Shown: positions 1-8,912 of the stretch, piece after piece | Layout: each line of letters opens with the position of its first letter | Numbering within the stretch: the stretch's first letter is position 1 | NCBI GenBank assembly: GCA_019747095.1 | Contig: JAIERG010000172.1 | Coordinates: 1-55,963 of the forward strand | Reading direction: 5' to 3' | Source: Caulobacteraceae bacterium | Lineage (GTDB): Bacteria > Pseudomonadota > Alphaproteobacteria > Caulobacterales > Caulobacteraceae | Length of the DNA: 55,963 nt | Notes under the pieces: model-generated | Database searches by the model: none | Told to the model about the DNA's origin: nothing | The model's input: the letters and a program-made list of their open reading frames with translations, nothing else | Program-made: the position numbers and the translations under genes

Positions 1-232
1 CTGCGCGGTCGCGGGAAGCTCCTAGCCGGGAGCGGAGGGGCCTCTTCCCCTCAGCCTTGGTTCCACCCGGTTCGTCCTGACGCCGCCTCTTAAGCCCACG
101 ACGGGCGCCGACCCCCAGAGAGCCGACGGACCCCGGGGGCTTTGGTTCCCCGGGCAATCCCGCGATCGACCCCGCCGCGCGTCCGGGTCCTGGGCCCAGG
201 ACGCCTTCCCCATCGCGACGGGACAGGGCCGA
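1..232 (-). ncRNA. Candidate structured non-coding RNA, truncated by the window edge
   Basis: No credible ORF. Several hairpins: 35-52 GAGGGG/CCCCTC, about 131-154, and the palindrome GTCCTGGGCCCAGGAC at 187-202. TACAAT -10-like box on the minus strand at about 232-237. Confidence 0.35.
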
Positions 233-346
233 TTGTAAGGGGGTTGGATATGCGGGCGCGATCAGGGCGTCTCAATCGAGACGGGCATTGGATTCATTGG
301 GGGAATCCGGGCGTCTTTGGATGATTGGGAAAAACAGCGCGCGTTT

Positions 347-371
347 CTCCCTCTCCCGGAGAGAGAGGGAG
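347..371. repeat. REP-like hairpin CTCCCTCTC...GAGAGGGAG just downstream of the DUF559 gene
   Basis: Inverted arms visible; same core as the hairpins at 757-777 and 906-926. Confidence 0.75.
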
Positions 372-374
372 TCG

Positions 375-743
375 TTAGGGGAGAGGGACACCCCTCGCCA
401 GCTCGACCTGGGACCGGATCGCATCGAGCACATCCGGCAGCCGGGCCATCACATCCGCGTTCGGGAAACGCATCACCGACCAGCCGAGGGTCTCGATATC
501 CCGCTGGCGGTATTGGTCCTTCAGGTCACGGTCGTCGTCGTCATGGACCCCGCCGTCCAATTCGATCACCAGCATCAGGGCGTCGCAGGCGAAGTCCGCG
601 AAGTAGGGGCCGATGGGGTACTGGCGGCGGAACTTCAGTCCGTCGAGCTTGCCGTTGCGCAGCGCCTGCCAGAGCTTGGCCTCGGCCGCCGTCTGGGCTC
701 GGCGGAGGGCGCGGGCGAAGGTGGTTTTGGAGTCGCGCGGCAT
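375..743 (-). CDS. DUF559 / Vsr-like endonuclease domain protein
   Basis: Motifs ARALRR..T.AE..LW..LR, FRRQYPIGPYFADF, IELDGGVH and GWSVMRF.N. ATG at 743; the longer ORF start runs through the repeat. Confidence 0.88.
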   Translation of the reverse strand: MPRDSKTTFARALRRAQTAAEAKLWQALRNGKLDGLKFRRQYPIGPYFADFACDALMLVIELDGGVHDDDDRDLKDQYRQRDIETLGWSVMRFPNADVMARLPDVLDAIRSQVELARGVPLP

Positions 744-756
744 GTCGGGTTCCACA

Positions 757-926
757 CCCTCTCCCAGAGGGAGAGGGCTTGAGCGCCCGAGAGCCGTCAG
801 GCGATCGGACTTGCGCGAAAGGGTGAGGGGTTGGGGTGCCAACCGGCAAGAGGGAAACCCCTCACCCTTTCGGTTTGCGGATCGCTGCGCTCTCCGAACC
901 TCAAGCCCTCTCCCTATGGGAGAGGG
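757..926. repeat. About 170-bp composite inverted repeat (REPIN/CIR-like) upstream of DUF559
   Basis: Terminal hairpins CCCTCTCCC-N3-GGGAGAGGG at both ends, plus pairing arms AGGGCTTGAG/CTCAAGCCCT and CGAAAGGGTGAGGGGTT/AACCCCTCACCCTTTCG. Confidence 0.85.
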
Positions 927-1022
927 AAGCCGACGCCGTCTCCACGCCCGGCCAGTCGGCGAACACCCGCTCTGCCGTCGGAGAGCGGAGGCGGTTGCGG
1001 GAGCAGAGGAAGAGGAGGTTGG

Positions 1023-1652
1023 TCATTCTGGCCAGCAGTATCGGACGTCAGAGACAACGCTGATGTTCTCCGAGCGCTGATGACGCGCCGGAATTTGGGT
1101 CAAGTCTCTCGGCCACGCTCCTGAATGTCCGCGCTCGGCAGCCCACGCCGAAAGCGCGGCATCAAGTTGATGATCGTCCACGATATTCAACTTTAGGACC
1201 CTGGCGTATTCACTCCACTCCACTGCCGCCCGCTGATCGACTAGGCCTCTCGGATATCGTCGACCGAGTCCAAGCGCGGTCCACAGAACCTTCGGGTGAG
1301 TCTCTGTCAAGAAGATGCTTGGCCAAGCTTGGCGCAGCCGCCCGGCAAGGACGGCTCCCTGGACGCTCATTGATCCATAAAGTCCATTCGCACTGACCAC
1401 GCTATTGCGGCACTCGGGATAACGCGAGCGCAGAAACTCATCGGCACCGCGCCAGCCTGAGGGAGTGCTTTGCCAGAACAGAAGTGTGTCGATACCGGCG
1501 GCAACTGGAGCGGAGGACACTTCAGCCGTAGCCCACGCCACCGCTTCATCTACGGAACTTACAGTGGCGCAGTCGATCGAGTGGCTGGCGGCGTCGTAGA
1601 GCGCCACACCAAAGCCCTTCAGGCCTCCAGGGTCGAAACCGAGGTAAATCAC
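1023..1652 (-). CDS. DUF429-like predicted nuclease (RNase H fold)
   Basis: N-terminal YLGFDPG, central AGID, ETHPK and C-terminal [12 protein letters not shown] start overlaps the pccB stop (GTGA). Confidence 0.7.
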   Translation of the reverse strand: MIYLGFDPGGLKGFGVALYDAASHSIDCATVSSVDEAVAWATAEVSSAPVAAGIDTLLFWQSTPSGWRGADEFLRSRYPECRNSVVSANGLYGSMSVQGAVLAGRLRQAWPSIFLTETHPKVLWTALGLGRRYPRGLVDQRAAVEWSEYARVLKLNIVDDHQLDAALSAWAAERGHSGAWPRDLTQIPARHQRSENISVVSDVRYCWPE

Positions 1653-3181
1653 AACGGAATGTTATCGTGCTTCTTCCACGGGTTCGTCTGCACCTTCCCC
1701 TGCAGCGTCCGTAGCGCCTTGATCAGGCGTCGCCGCGTGCCGTGGGGCATGATCACGTCGTCGATGTAGCCCAGGCCCGCCGCGACGAAGGGGTTGGCGA
1801 AGCGGTCCTTGTATTCGGCCTCGCGGGCCGCGAGGGCCTCGGGGTCGCCGGCCTCCTTGCGGAAGATGATCTCGACCGCGCCCTTGGCGCCCATGACGGC
1901 GATCTCGGCCGAGGGCCAGGCGTAGTTGACGTCGCCGCGCAGGTGCTTGGAGCTCATGACGTCGTAGGCGCCGCCGTAGGCCTTGCGCGTGATGACGGTC
2001 AGCTTGGGCACCGTGGCCTCGGCATAGGCGAACAAGAGCTTGGCGCCGTGCTTGATCAGGCCGCCGTACTCCTGGCGTGTGCCGGGCATGAAGCCGGGCA
2101 CGTCGACGAAGGTCACCAAGGGAATGCCGAAGGCGTCGCAGAAGCGGACGAAGCGGGCCGCCTTCCTCGAGCTGTCGATGTCGAGCACGCCCGCCAGGAC
2201 CTGGGGCTGGTTGGCGACGATGCCGACGGGCTGGCCGTCCAGACGGCCGAAGCCGCAGACGATGTTCTTGGCGAAATCCGCGCCGATCTCGAAGAAGTCG
2301 GCCTCGTCGACCGTCTTCAGGATCAGCTCCTTCATGTCATAGGGCTGGTTCGGATTGGCGGGGACGAGGGTGTCCAGGCTGTCCTCGTCGCGCTCGGGGT
2401 CGTCGTAGCTGTCGCGGACGGGGGGCTTTTCGCGGTTGGACAGGGGCAGGAAGCCGATCAGGCGGCGCACCTCCATCAGGGCCTCGATGTCGTTCTCGAA
2501 GGCCCCGTCGGCGACGCCGGACTTGCCCGCATGGACGCGGGCGCCGCCCAGGTCCTCGTGGCTGACGACCTCGTTGGTGACCGTCTTCACCACGTCCGGG
2601 CCGGTCACGTACATGTAGGAGGTGTCCTTCACCATGAAGATGAAGTCGGTGATGGCCGGGGAATAGACGTCGCCGCCCGCGCAGGGGCCCATGATGACGC
2701 TGATCTGGGGGATGACGCCCGAGGCCAGGGTGTTCTGGAGGAAGATGTCGGCATAGCCCGCGAGGCTCTCGACACCCTCCTGGATGCGGGCGCCGCCGGC
2801 GTCATAGAGGCCGATGATGGGGGCGCCGTTGGTCAGCGCCATGCCCATCAGCTTGACGATCTTGGCCGCGTGGGCGCCGCTGAGTGAGCCGCCGAAGACC
2901 GTGAAATCCTTGGAGAAGACATAGACCAGGCGGCCCCCGATCGTGCCCCGACCGGTGACCACGCCGTCGCCGGGGACGCGCTGCTTCTCCATGCCGAACT
3001 GGTGGGAGCGATGCTCCACGAACATGTCGGTCTCTTCAAAGCTGCCTTCGTCCAGCAGGACCTCGATGCGTTCGCGCGCGGTCAGCTTGCCCTTGGCGTG
3101 CTGGGCGGCGATGCGGGCCTCCCCTCCCCCCAGACGGGCGGCGGCGCGGCGGGCTTCGAGCTGTTCGAGAATGGCTTGCAT
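1649..3181 (-). CDS. pccB: Propionyl-CoA carboxylase beta subunit
   Basis: 510 aa; [30 protein letters not shown] and C-terminal KKHDNIPL. Confidence 0.95.
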   Translation of the reverse strand: MQAILEQLEARRAAARLGGGEARIAAQHAKGKLTARERIEVLLDEGSFEETDMFVEHRSHQFGMEKQRVPGDGVVTGRGTIGGRLVYVFSKDFTVFGGSLSGAHAAKIVKLMGMALTNGAPIIGLYDAGGARIQEGVESLAGYADIFLQNTLASGVIPQISVIMGPCAGGDVYSPAITDFIFMVKDTSYMYVTGPDVVKTVTNEVVSHEDLGGARVHAGKSGVADGAFENDIEALMEVRRLIGFLPLSNREKPPVRDSYDDPERDEDSLDTLVPANPNQPYDMKELILKTVDEADFFEIGADFAKNIVCGFGRLDGQPVGIVANQPQVLAGVLDIDSSRKAARFVRFCDAFGIPLVTFVDVPGFMPGTRQEYGGLIKHGAKLLFAYAEATVPKLTVITRKAYGGAYDVMSSKHLRGDVNYAWPSAEIAVMGAKGAVEIIFRKEAGDPEALAAREAEYKDRFANPFVAAGLGYIDDVIMPHGTRRRLIKALRTLQGKVQTNPWKKHDNIPL

Positions 3182-3229
3182 GGGCGACGGTCTCCTTGGG
3201 GCGAGGGTTAAGGAGACGCGCGCGCGGTG

Positions 3230-3281
3230 GCAAGGCTATGGGGCAAGGCTAGGGCGCAAGGCTATGGGGCAAGGCTGGCAG
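3230..3281. repeat. 4 x 13-bp tandem repeat (GCAAGGCT core) upstream of pccB; possible operator
   Basis: Units at 3230, 3243, 3256 and 3269. Confidence 0.8.
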
Positions 3282-3284
3282 ACG

Positions 3285-3602
3285 TCAGGCGTCGGTGCCC
3301 GGTGAGGTGGGAGCCGTTATCGCCGCCAGCCGCTGCAGCTCGGCCACATGGGCGGCGAAGGCCCTGCGCCCCGGAGGGGTCAGGGCGATCCAGGTCCTCT
3401 GACGGCCGTTCTCGGCCGCCTTGGTCAGGGTGACGTGACCGGCCTCCTCCAGCTGTTTCAGGTGCTTGGACATGACCGAGTCCGAGACCTTGATGGCGTC
3501 GCGCAGCATGGCGAACTCGGCGCTGTCGACGCTCGACAGGATGGCGCAGATCTGCAGCCGACCCGGGGCGTGGATGACCGGATCGAAGGCGGGCGTGGTC
3601 AC
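3285..3602 (-). CDS. Winged-helix transcriptional regulator (MarR/ArsR-like, HTH_34 type)
   Basis: FDPVIHAPGRLQI...SKHLKQLEEAGHV...RTWIALT..GR. GTG start overlaps the upstream stop. Confidence 0.85.
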   Translation of the reverse strand: MTTPAFDPVIHAPGRLQICAILSSVDSAEFAMLRDAIKVSDSVMSKHLKQLEEAGHVTLTKAAENGRQRTWIALTPPGRRAFAAHVAELQRLAAITAPTSPGTDA

Positions 3603-4048
3603 CGCGGCTCCTCGGCCAGCTCCTTGCGATAGACCCGCATCCACCAGCGGCCGAAGGCGAAGGTGACGACGAAGGCCAGAGCGCCGCTGAGCAGGGGCGA
3701 CCACCAGGGCCCGCCGAAGGATCGCGTCCAGATCGACAGGCCCAGACAGCCGATCAGGATGACCCACATCAGGACGACCCCCGCCCTCGCCCGCCGGGGA
3801 ACCCAGGCGTTGATCCACCAGCCGAAGCGATTGCGCCACCAGCTGCCCATCCAGAACACGACGCCCAGCGAGGCCAGGGACACCAGGGCGGGCGAGACCT
3901 CGTCATAGCCGAGACCGACGTACAGGGCCGCGATGAGGGAGCCGAACAGGATGTCCCAGCCCACCGGATATTCGACGTTGCGCACGATCTCGGCCTTCGC
4001 CGCGCGGATCGAGGCGAGCGCCTCGGTCGGGGTCATGTCATCCTGCAT
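3599..4048 (-). CDS. Small four-TM membrane protein coupled to the wHTH regulator
   Basis: Four hydrophobic segments; GTGA overlap with the downstream gene. Confidence 0.8.
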   Translation of the reverse strand: MQDDMTPTEALASIRAAKAEIVRNVEYPVGWDILFGSLIAALYVGLGYDEVSPALVSLASLGVVFWMGSWWRNRFGWWINAWVPRRARAGVVLMWVILIGCLGLSIWTRSFGGPWWSPLLSGALAFVVTFAFGRWWMRVYRKELAEEPR

Positions 4049-4059
4049 CTGCGACCTCG

Positions 4060-4127
4060 CTTTCCATTCCGGAAAGCTAGCGAAGACTTTCCGATGTGGA
4101 AAGTGAAAACTTTCTAATGTGGAAAGT
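4060..4127. promoter_or_regulatory. Three palindromic operators CTTTC(C/T)-N5-GGAAAG
   Basis: 4060-4076, 4086-4104 and 4109-4127, directly upstream of the membrane protein/wHTH operon. Confidence 0.8.
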
Positions 4128-4136
4128 GACGACGAC

Positions 4137-4556
4137 CTATTTCCGCAGCAGGTGGTCGCGGGCGGCGTTGAGGCGGGCGGCGAGGCCCTCGGTGCCGCCC
4201 TGATCGGGATGGGCGCGGGCCATCAGGCGGCGCCAGGCGGCGGTGATGTCCTGGGCCGTCGCCTCGGCGGAGACACCCAGGATGGCGCGGGCCTCGGCAT
4301 CAGACAGGCCCTCGGCGCGCGGCGGGACCGCGCGGATGCGCGACGCCACCGTCAGCCACAGGGCGGCGGCGCAGAGGCCGGCGCCGGTGATCCAGACACC
4401 GCGAGACAGGGCCAGAAGTCCCCCGGCCAGAAGGGCGGCGGAGATCAGGGTGGCGGCGACCCGCCACTGGCCCCGGCGAGGTCCCTCGGTCTGGCGGCCC
4501 AGACGGATCAGCGCCCAGACGACCACGCCCGCCAGGACGAGCGAGATCAGGCCCAC
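4137..4556 (-). CDS. Membrane protein with C-terminal J-domain
   Basis: TM segments followed by EARAILGV...AHPDQGG...LNAARD. Confidence 0.88.
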   Translation of the reverse strand: MGLISLVLAGVVVWALIRLGRQTEGPRRGQWRVAATLISAALLAGGLLALSRGVWITGAGLCAAALWLTVASRIRAVPPRAEGLSDAEARAILGVSAEATAQDITAAWRRLMARAHPDQGGTEGLAARLNAARDHLLRK

Positions 4557-4568
4557 GGGATCATCCGG

Positions 4569-5408
4569 TCAGGCGGCGGCGTCGAGCGCGGGCAGGCTGA
4601 CGTCCTCCAGCCCCAGGGCCTGCATGAGGTTTCGCATCTCCTGACGCGCCGCGACGTGGGCCAGGGACACGGCGACCGGGCGGACCTCATTGGACAGGTC
4701 CGCCACCGTCAGGCCGAAGGGGAAAAGCTCGCGGTAGATGACCCGATCGCGCAGGCCCGGACCGACGCGGAAACCGACGCGCTTGGCGAGTTTCAGCATG
4801 CGCTCTTCCAGACGCTTGCGGTTGCGGGCCTCGGCGACGGCGAGGCGGTTGGTGACCACGACCCAGTCGATGGCGGCGTGGCGACCTTCCTTGATGGCGC
4901 GGTGCTTTCTCGCCTCCCAGACGCTCTCGGAATAGGTCGAGGGCTTGAGCAGCTCCAGCGTCACGGGATCGACCGTGCCCAGCATGTCGAAGTCGACGAA
5001 GCTGTCGTTCATCGGCGTGACGATCTGGTCGGCGCAGGCGTGGGCGGCTCGCGACAGGGGGGTGTCGCCGCCGGGGGTATCGATCAGGATGACCTCAGGG
5101 CCCGAGGCCCTCGCCTGTTCCAGGGCAGCCTCGAAGCGGGCGACCTGCTCGGCATCATCGGCCCGGGCCAGCGCCTTGCCATCGCCCAGATCCGGCTCGG
5201 ACGGCATGGGCAGGGTGACACCGTTGGCGGCGGTCCAGGCCGCGCGATGGGCGAAGAAGTGGCTCATCGATCGCTGACGCAGGTCCAGGTCCAGGATGGC
5301 GACCCGGCGACCCGCGTGCAGGAGGCCGCACACGATATGGATGGCGAGCGTGGACTTGCCCGCCCCGCCCTTTTCATTGCCGACGACGATGACCTGAGGC
5401 TGCGTCAT
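4569..5408 (-). CDS. mipZ: Division plane positioning ATPase MipZ
   Basis: GNEKGGAGKST, DLDLRQRS, TPMNDSFVDFD and RVIYRELFPFGLT. ATG at 5408. Confidence 0.95.
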   Translation of the reverse strand: MTQPQVIVVGNEKGGAGKSTLAIHIVCGLLHAGRRVAILDLDLRQRSMSHFFAHRAAWTAANGVTLPMPSEPDLGDGKALARADDAEQVARFEAALEQARASGPEVILIDTPGGDTPLSRAAHACADQIVTPMNDSFVDFDMLGTVDPVTLELLKPSTYSESVWEARKHRAIKEGRHAAIDWVVVTNRLAVAEARNRKRLEERMLKLAKRVGFRVGPGLRDRVIYRELFPFGLTVADLSNEVRPVAVSLAHVAARQEMRNLMQALGLEDVSLPALDAAA

Positions 5409-5427
5409 GACCCGTTCCGTTGCGGCC

Positions 5428-5494
5428 GACTCACTGCCCCGGCCAAGGATCGACAGACTCACCAGCGGCGAGGCGATCGTCAACGAAAGGTTAA
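5428..5494 (-). promoter_or_regulatory. mipZ promoter region: near-consensus CtrA box and two GANTC (CcrM) sites
   Basis: TTAA-N7-TTGA on the minus strand at 5480-5494; GACTC at 5428 and 5456. Confidence 0.5.
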
Positions 5495-5528
5495 GTGAAA
5501 CCTGTGGGTGCCGATGCCCCCACCGCCG

Positions 5529-6149
5529 CTATCCCCGGCGAAGGCAGCCCAGCTGGGCGGCGTCCGCCGCGCGACAGACCGCGCGCGCGGTCTCGGCCGG
5601 AGCCTCGACCTTCAGCCGGGTCAGGGTGCGGCCGTCCACGGTCACGGCCTCGAACGCAGGGGTCAGGGCCGATACGGCACCGCCGGCTGCGGCGATGCGG
5701 GTCCAGGCGTCGCGGGCGGCGGCCGGACTGGAAAAGGCGCCGAGCTGAAGGGTTTCGGCCACCGCCTCGGGACGAAGCTCGTGCGTCGCGCGGGTGACCT
5801 CCTGAACCACCGCGCGGGTGACGGCGGGCGCGGCGGCCTCGACAACGGCCGGGGCGGCGCGTTCGACGGCACCGCGCAATCCCGCGTCCCGGGCATCCCA
5901 CAGGGCGTGGGGATCCATGACCTCGACGCGAAGCGCGCCGGGTTGGGCCACCTGCTCGGCTGTGACGAAGGCCGGACGCAAGCCGGCCTCGGCCGCGGTG
6001 GCGGGGGCGTCGCCGTCGAGCGGGATCTCAGCGATCGAACGGGCCAGGTTCTCGAACCGGTTGGGATCGCTCTCGACGAAGCCGCAGGAGCCTGTCGAGA
6101 GGCCAAGAAGGCCGATCAGCACTGGACGGAGCATTCTGCTGGGCGTCAT
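5529..6149 (-). CDS. SPOR-domain lipoprotein
   Basis: Signal with Cys (GLLGLSTGSC); C-terminal LQLGAFSS..AA...W and C...C typical of SPOR. Confidence 0.75.
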   Translation of the reverse strand: MTPSRMLRPVLIGLLGLSTGSCGFVESDPNRFENLARSIAEIPLDGDAPATAAEAGLRPAFVTAEQVAQPGALRVEVMDPHALWDARDAGLRGAVERAAPAVVEAAAPAVTRAVVQEVTRATHELRPEAVAETLQLGAFSSPAAARDAWTRIAAAGGAVSALTPAFEAVTVDGRTLTRLKVEAPAETARAVCRAADAAQLGCLRRG

Positions 6150-6225
6150 AAGGCCACCCTTAGCCGAGGACCTCTCAAGGCCCGGCGAACGAACACGCTT
6201 AAGTCGCAGGGTTAATCCGGTAAGC

Positions 6226-7089
6226 ATGAACGATCACCCTGCCCTGCCTGTCGCGCGAACCGTCACGGGATTGCGCGAGACCGTGCGCGGCTGGCGGCGG
6301 CAAGGACTGGGCGTGGCCTTCGTGCCGACGATGGGCGCGCTGCATGAAGGACACCTGACGCTAGTGCGCGAGGCCGTGCGCCGCGCAGACCGGGTCGTGG
6401 CCAGCGTCTTCGTCAATCCGACCCAGTTCGCCGCGCACGAGGACCTGGGGACCTATCCCCGGCGCGAGGCGCAGGACGCCGAGCTTCTGGCGAGCGCGGG
6501 CTGTCATCTGCTGTTCGCCCCGACGGTGGAGGAGATGTACCCCGACGGCTTCACCACGGCGGTGAGCGTGGGCGGACCATCGCACGGGCTGGAGACGGAC
6601 TTCCGGCCGCACTTCTTCGGCGGGGTCGCGGTGGTGGTGGCCAAGCTGCTGAACCAGGTGCAGCCCGACGTCGCCGTGTTCGGGGAAAAGGATTACCAGC
6701 AGCTGCTGGTCGTCCGCCGCATGGCGCGGGACCTGGATATCCCCACCGAGATCGTGGGATCGCCGACCGAGCGGGACGGGCACGGTCTGGCCCTGTCGTC
6801 GCGCAACGCCTACCTGTCCGAGGCTGAACTGGCGATCGCGCGGCGGCTGAACGGGGTGCTGGCGCAAGCCGCGATCAAGGCCGCGGACCGACGGCCGCTG
6901 GCCTCGGTAGAGCGCGACGCCTACGCCGACCTGCTGAAGGCCGGGTTCGAGCGGGTCGACTACGTCGCCGTGCGCCGGGCCGAGGATCTGGCCGTGTTCG
7001 CCAACGGGGTCGTTGACGCGCCGGCGCGGATCCTGGCCGCCGCGTGGCTGGGCAAGACGCGCCTGATCGACAACATGGCCGTCGGCTAG
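6226..7089 (+). CDS. panC: Pantoate--beta-alanine ligase
   Basis: VPTMGALHEGH, FVNPTQF, FGEKDYQQ, LSSRN and RLIDN. Confidence 0.96.
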   Translation: MNDHPALPVARTVTGLRETVRGWRRQGLGVAFVPTMGALHEGHLTLVREAVRRADRVVASVFVNPTQFAAHEDLGTYPRREAQDAELLASAGCHLLFAPTVEEMYPDGFTTAVSVGGPSHGLETDFRPHFFGGVAVVVAKLLNQVQPDVAVFGEKDYQQLLVVRRMARDLDIPTEIVGSPTERDGHGLALSSRNAYLSEAELAIARRLNGVLAQAAIKAADRRPLASVERDAYADLLKAGFERVDYVAVRRAEDLAVFANGVVDAPARILAAAWLGKTRLIDNMAVG

Positions 7090-8285
7090 CCTGCGGCCAA
7101 GCGCGCCAGCCTGGGCTTGACCATCGGAATGGTCAGCATGGTCGACCCCACGGCCATGAGCAGCAGAGCCGTGAAGGCCGTGTTGGTGATGATCCCCTTG
7201 TCCAGCAGGATGTTGGCGAAGATGATCATGATCAGGGCCTTGGTCTGGAGCAGCCAGCCGATCACGGCCGCCTCCCCCTTGGGCCACTTAAGGATACGTC
7301 CGGCGAGGTGGACGCCTGCCAGCTTGCCACTCACCGCCGCGACCAGCAGCAGCGCAGCCGCGCCGAAGACCATAAGCCCCCCCATGTCCCACTGGGTGCG
7401 CAGGCCCGTCGACAGGAAGAAGACCGGCATGATGGTCATCAGGACGATGTGGCGGAAGCTGTCCATCTGCTTCTCGTCGAACAGGTCACGGTCCAGAACC
7501 ACGCCTGCGAGGAAGGCCCCGACCATGTAGTGGAGCCCGGCCCAGTCGGCGACGAAGCCAATCGCCGCCAGCCAGATCAGGCCGATGTACCACCGGTCAC
7601 GCTCCTGGACCCGGTGCATCAGGGAACGGACGGCGATCGCCGCCACGGGGAAGCCGACCAGAAAGACGGCCTGACGACCCAGCCGGTCCCAATCCAGAAT
7701 GATCAGCGCCAGCACACCCCAGATCGCGATGTCATCCAGGCTGGCGTAGCGGAGTACGCGCTGACCCAGGTCCTTTCTCAGCACGCCCAGCTTGTCGAGG
7801 AACAGCACCAGGATCGGCAGGGCGGTGACAGCGCAGGCCATGCCCATGCCCGCCAGCACCTGCCAGGTCTGGCCGCGCTCGCCCACCCAGCCCGGCGTCT
7901 GCAAGAGGACGGCGGCGGCGACACAGCCGAACACCAGCGGGGTCGCGAGCGCCAGCCCGGCGGTGACGCCGGTTTCCACGCGGTTGGTCCAGGCGGCTTT
8001 CAGATCCAGCTCGATACCCGCCAGCCAGACGAAAATCATCACCGCCCACCAGGCGACGCCGTTCAGCGACTGAATCACTTCCGGTCGGAAGACGAAGGCG
8101 TAGTAGTCCGGGAAGACGGCCCCCAGAACGCCCGGCCCGAGCAGAATGCCACCGATGATCTGGACGACCACAAGGGGAGCGTAATGCTCGGTCCTGAACA
8201 GCCTCCAGACCAGATAGGGCACGCTGAATATGATCAGCATGGCGATCAGGAAGATTTCAGTCGTATTCATGGGCGGGCCGGACAT
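7086..8285 (-). CDS. Cation:proton antiporter (CPA2 family)
   Basis: Multi-TM; GILLGP, TALPIL, ASLDD, GAFLAG and PVFF..TGL. Start at 8285 or 8270. Confidence 0.88.
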   Translation of the reverse strand: MSGPPMNTTEIFLIAMLIIFSVPYLVWRLFRTEHYAPLVVVQIIGGILLGPGVLGAVFPDYYAFVFRPEVIQSLNGVAWWAVMIFVWLAGIELDLKAAWTNRVETGVTAGLALATPLVFGCVAAAVLLQTPGWVGERGQTWQVLAGMGMACAVTALPILVLFLDKLGVLRKDLGQRVLRYASLDDIAIWGVLALIILDWDRLGRQAVFLVGFPVAAIAVRSLMHRVQERDRWYIGLIWLAAIGFVADWAGLHYMVGAFLAGVVLDRDLFDEKQMDSFRHIVLMTIMPVFFLSTGLRTQWDMGGLMVFGAAALLLVAAVSGKLAGVHLAGRILKWPKGEAAVIGWLLQTKALIMIIFANILLDKGIITNTAFTALLLMAVGSTMLTIPMVKPRLARLAAG

Positions 8286-8371
8286 GGGGCGGACTGTAGA
8301 CGATTCTGGTCTGGCTTGACGCTTGGGGCGAACTCCCCTCCCCTGCTCGTGGGATGAGGGGGAATTCGAAC

Positions 8372-8908
8372 ATGAAACGCATGATGACGGCGCTCGCCTG
8401 CGCGGGAAGCGCACTGGTGGTCGCGGCCTGCGACGGACAGATGACCACGACGGTCAGCAGTACGGCCGACGAAGGAGCCACGCCTATGGTGCTGGCCTCG
8501 AGCGACATCGAGGCTGGGCGCTACCTGGTTCTGGTCGGCGGCTGCAACGACTGCCACACCCCGCAGTACGCCATGACCAACGGGGCCCAGCCACCGGAAG
8601 CGGAGTGGCTGAAAGGCTCGACCGAGGGCCATACCGGTCCCTGGGGCACGACCTATGGGAAGAACCTGCGCCTGACGACACAGCGACTGAGCGAGGATCA
8701 GTGGGTGGAGTTGCTGGCCACCGGATCCAGCCTGCCGCCGATGCCGTGGCCGAGCGTGCGAGCCATGTCGGACGCCGACAAACGGGCCATCTATCGCTAC
8801 ATCCGGCAGCTGCCCGGCGAGGCCGGCGAACAGGCTCCCGATCCCTTGCCGCCGGGTGTCACCCCGCCGCCGCCCGCCCCGCCCGCTGGCGCGGCTCCAG
8901 CGGGCTGA
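8372..8908 (+). CDS. Monoheme cytochrome c lipoprotein
   Basis: Lipobox VAAC, heme motif CNDCH, distal PPMPW. Confidence 0.82.
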   Translation: MKRMMTALACAGSALVVAACDGQMTTTVSSTADEGATPMVLASSDIEAGRYLVLVGGCNDCHTPQYAMTNGAQPPEAEWLKGSTEGHTGPWGTTYGKNLRLTTQRLSEDQWVELLATGSSLPPMPWPSVRAMSDADKRAIYRYIRQLPGEAGEQAPDPLPPGVTPPPPAPPAGAAPAG

Positions 8909-8912
8909 CGCC

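Noticed and set aside
3230-3281. Possible CRISPR array
   Set aside because: 13-bp units without spacers and no cas genes; kept as a tandem repeat.
8333-8364. Another copy of the CCCTCTCCC repeat
   Set aside because: Only a weak imperfect hairpin over the cytochrome c RBS; lacks the family's arms.
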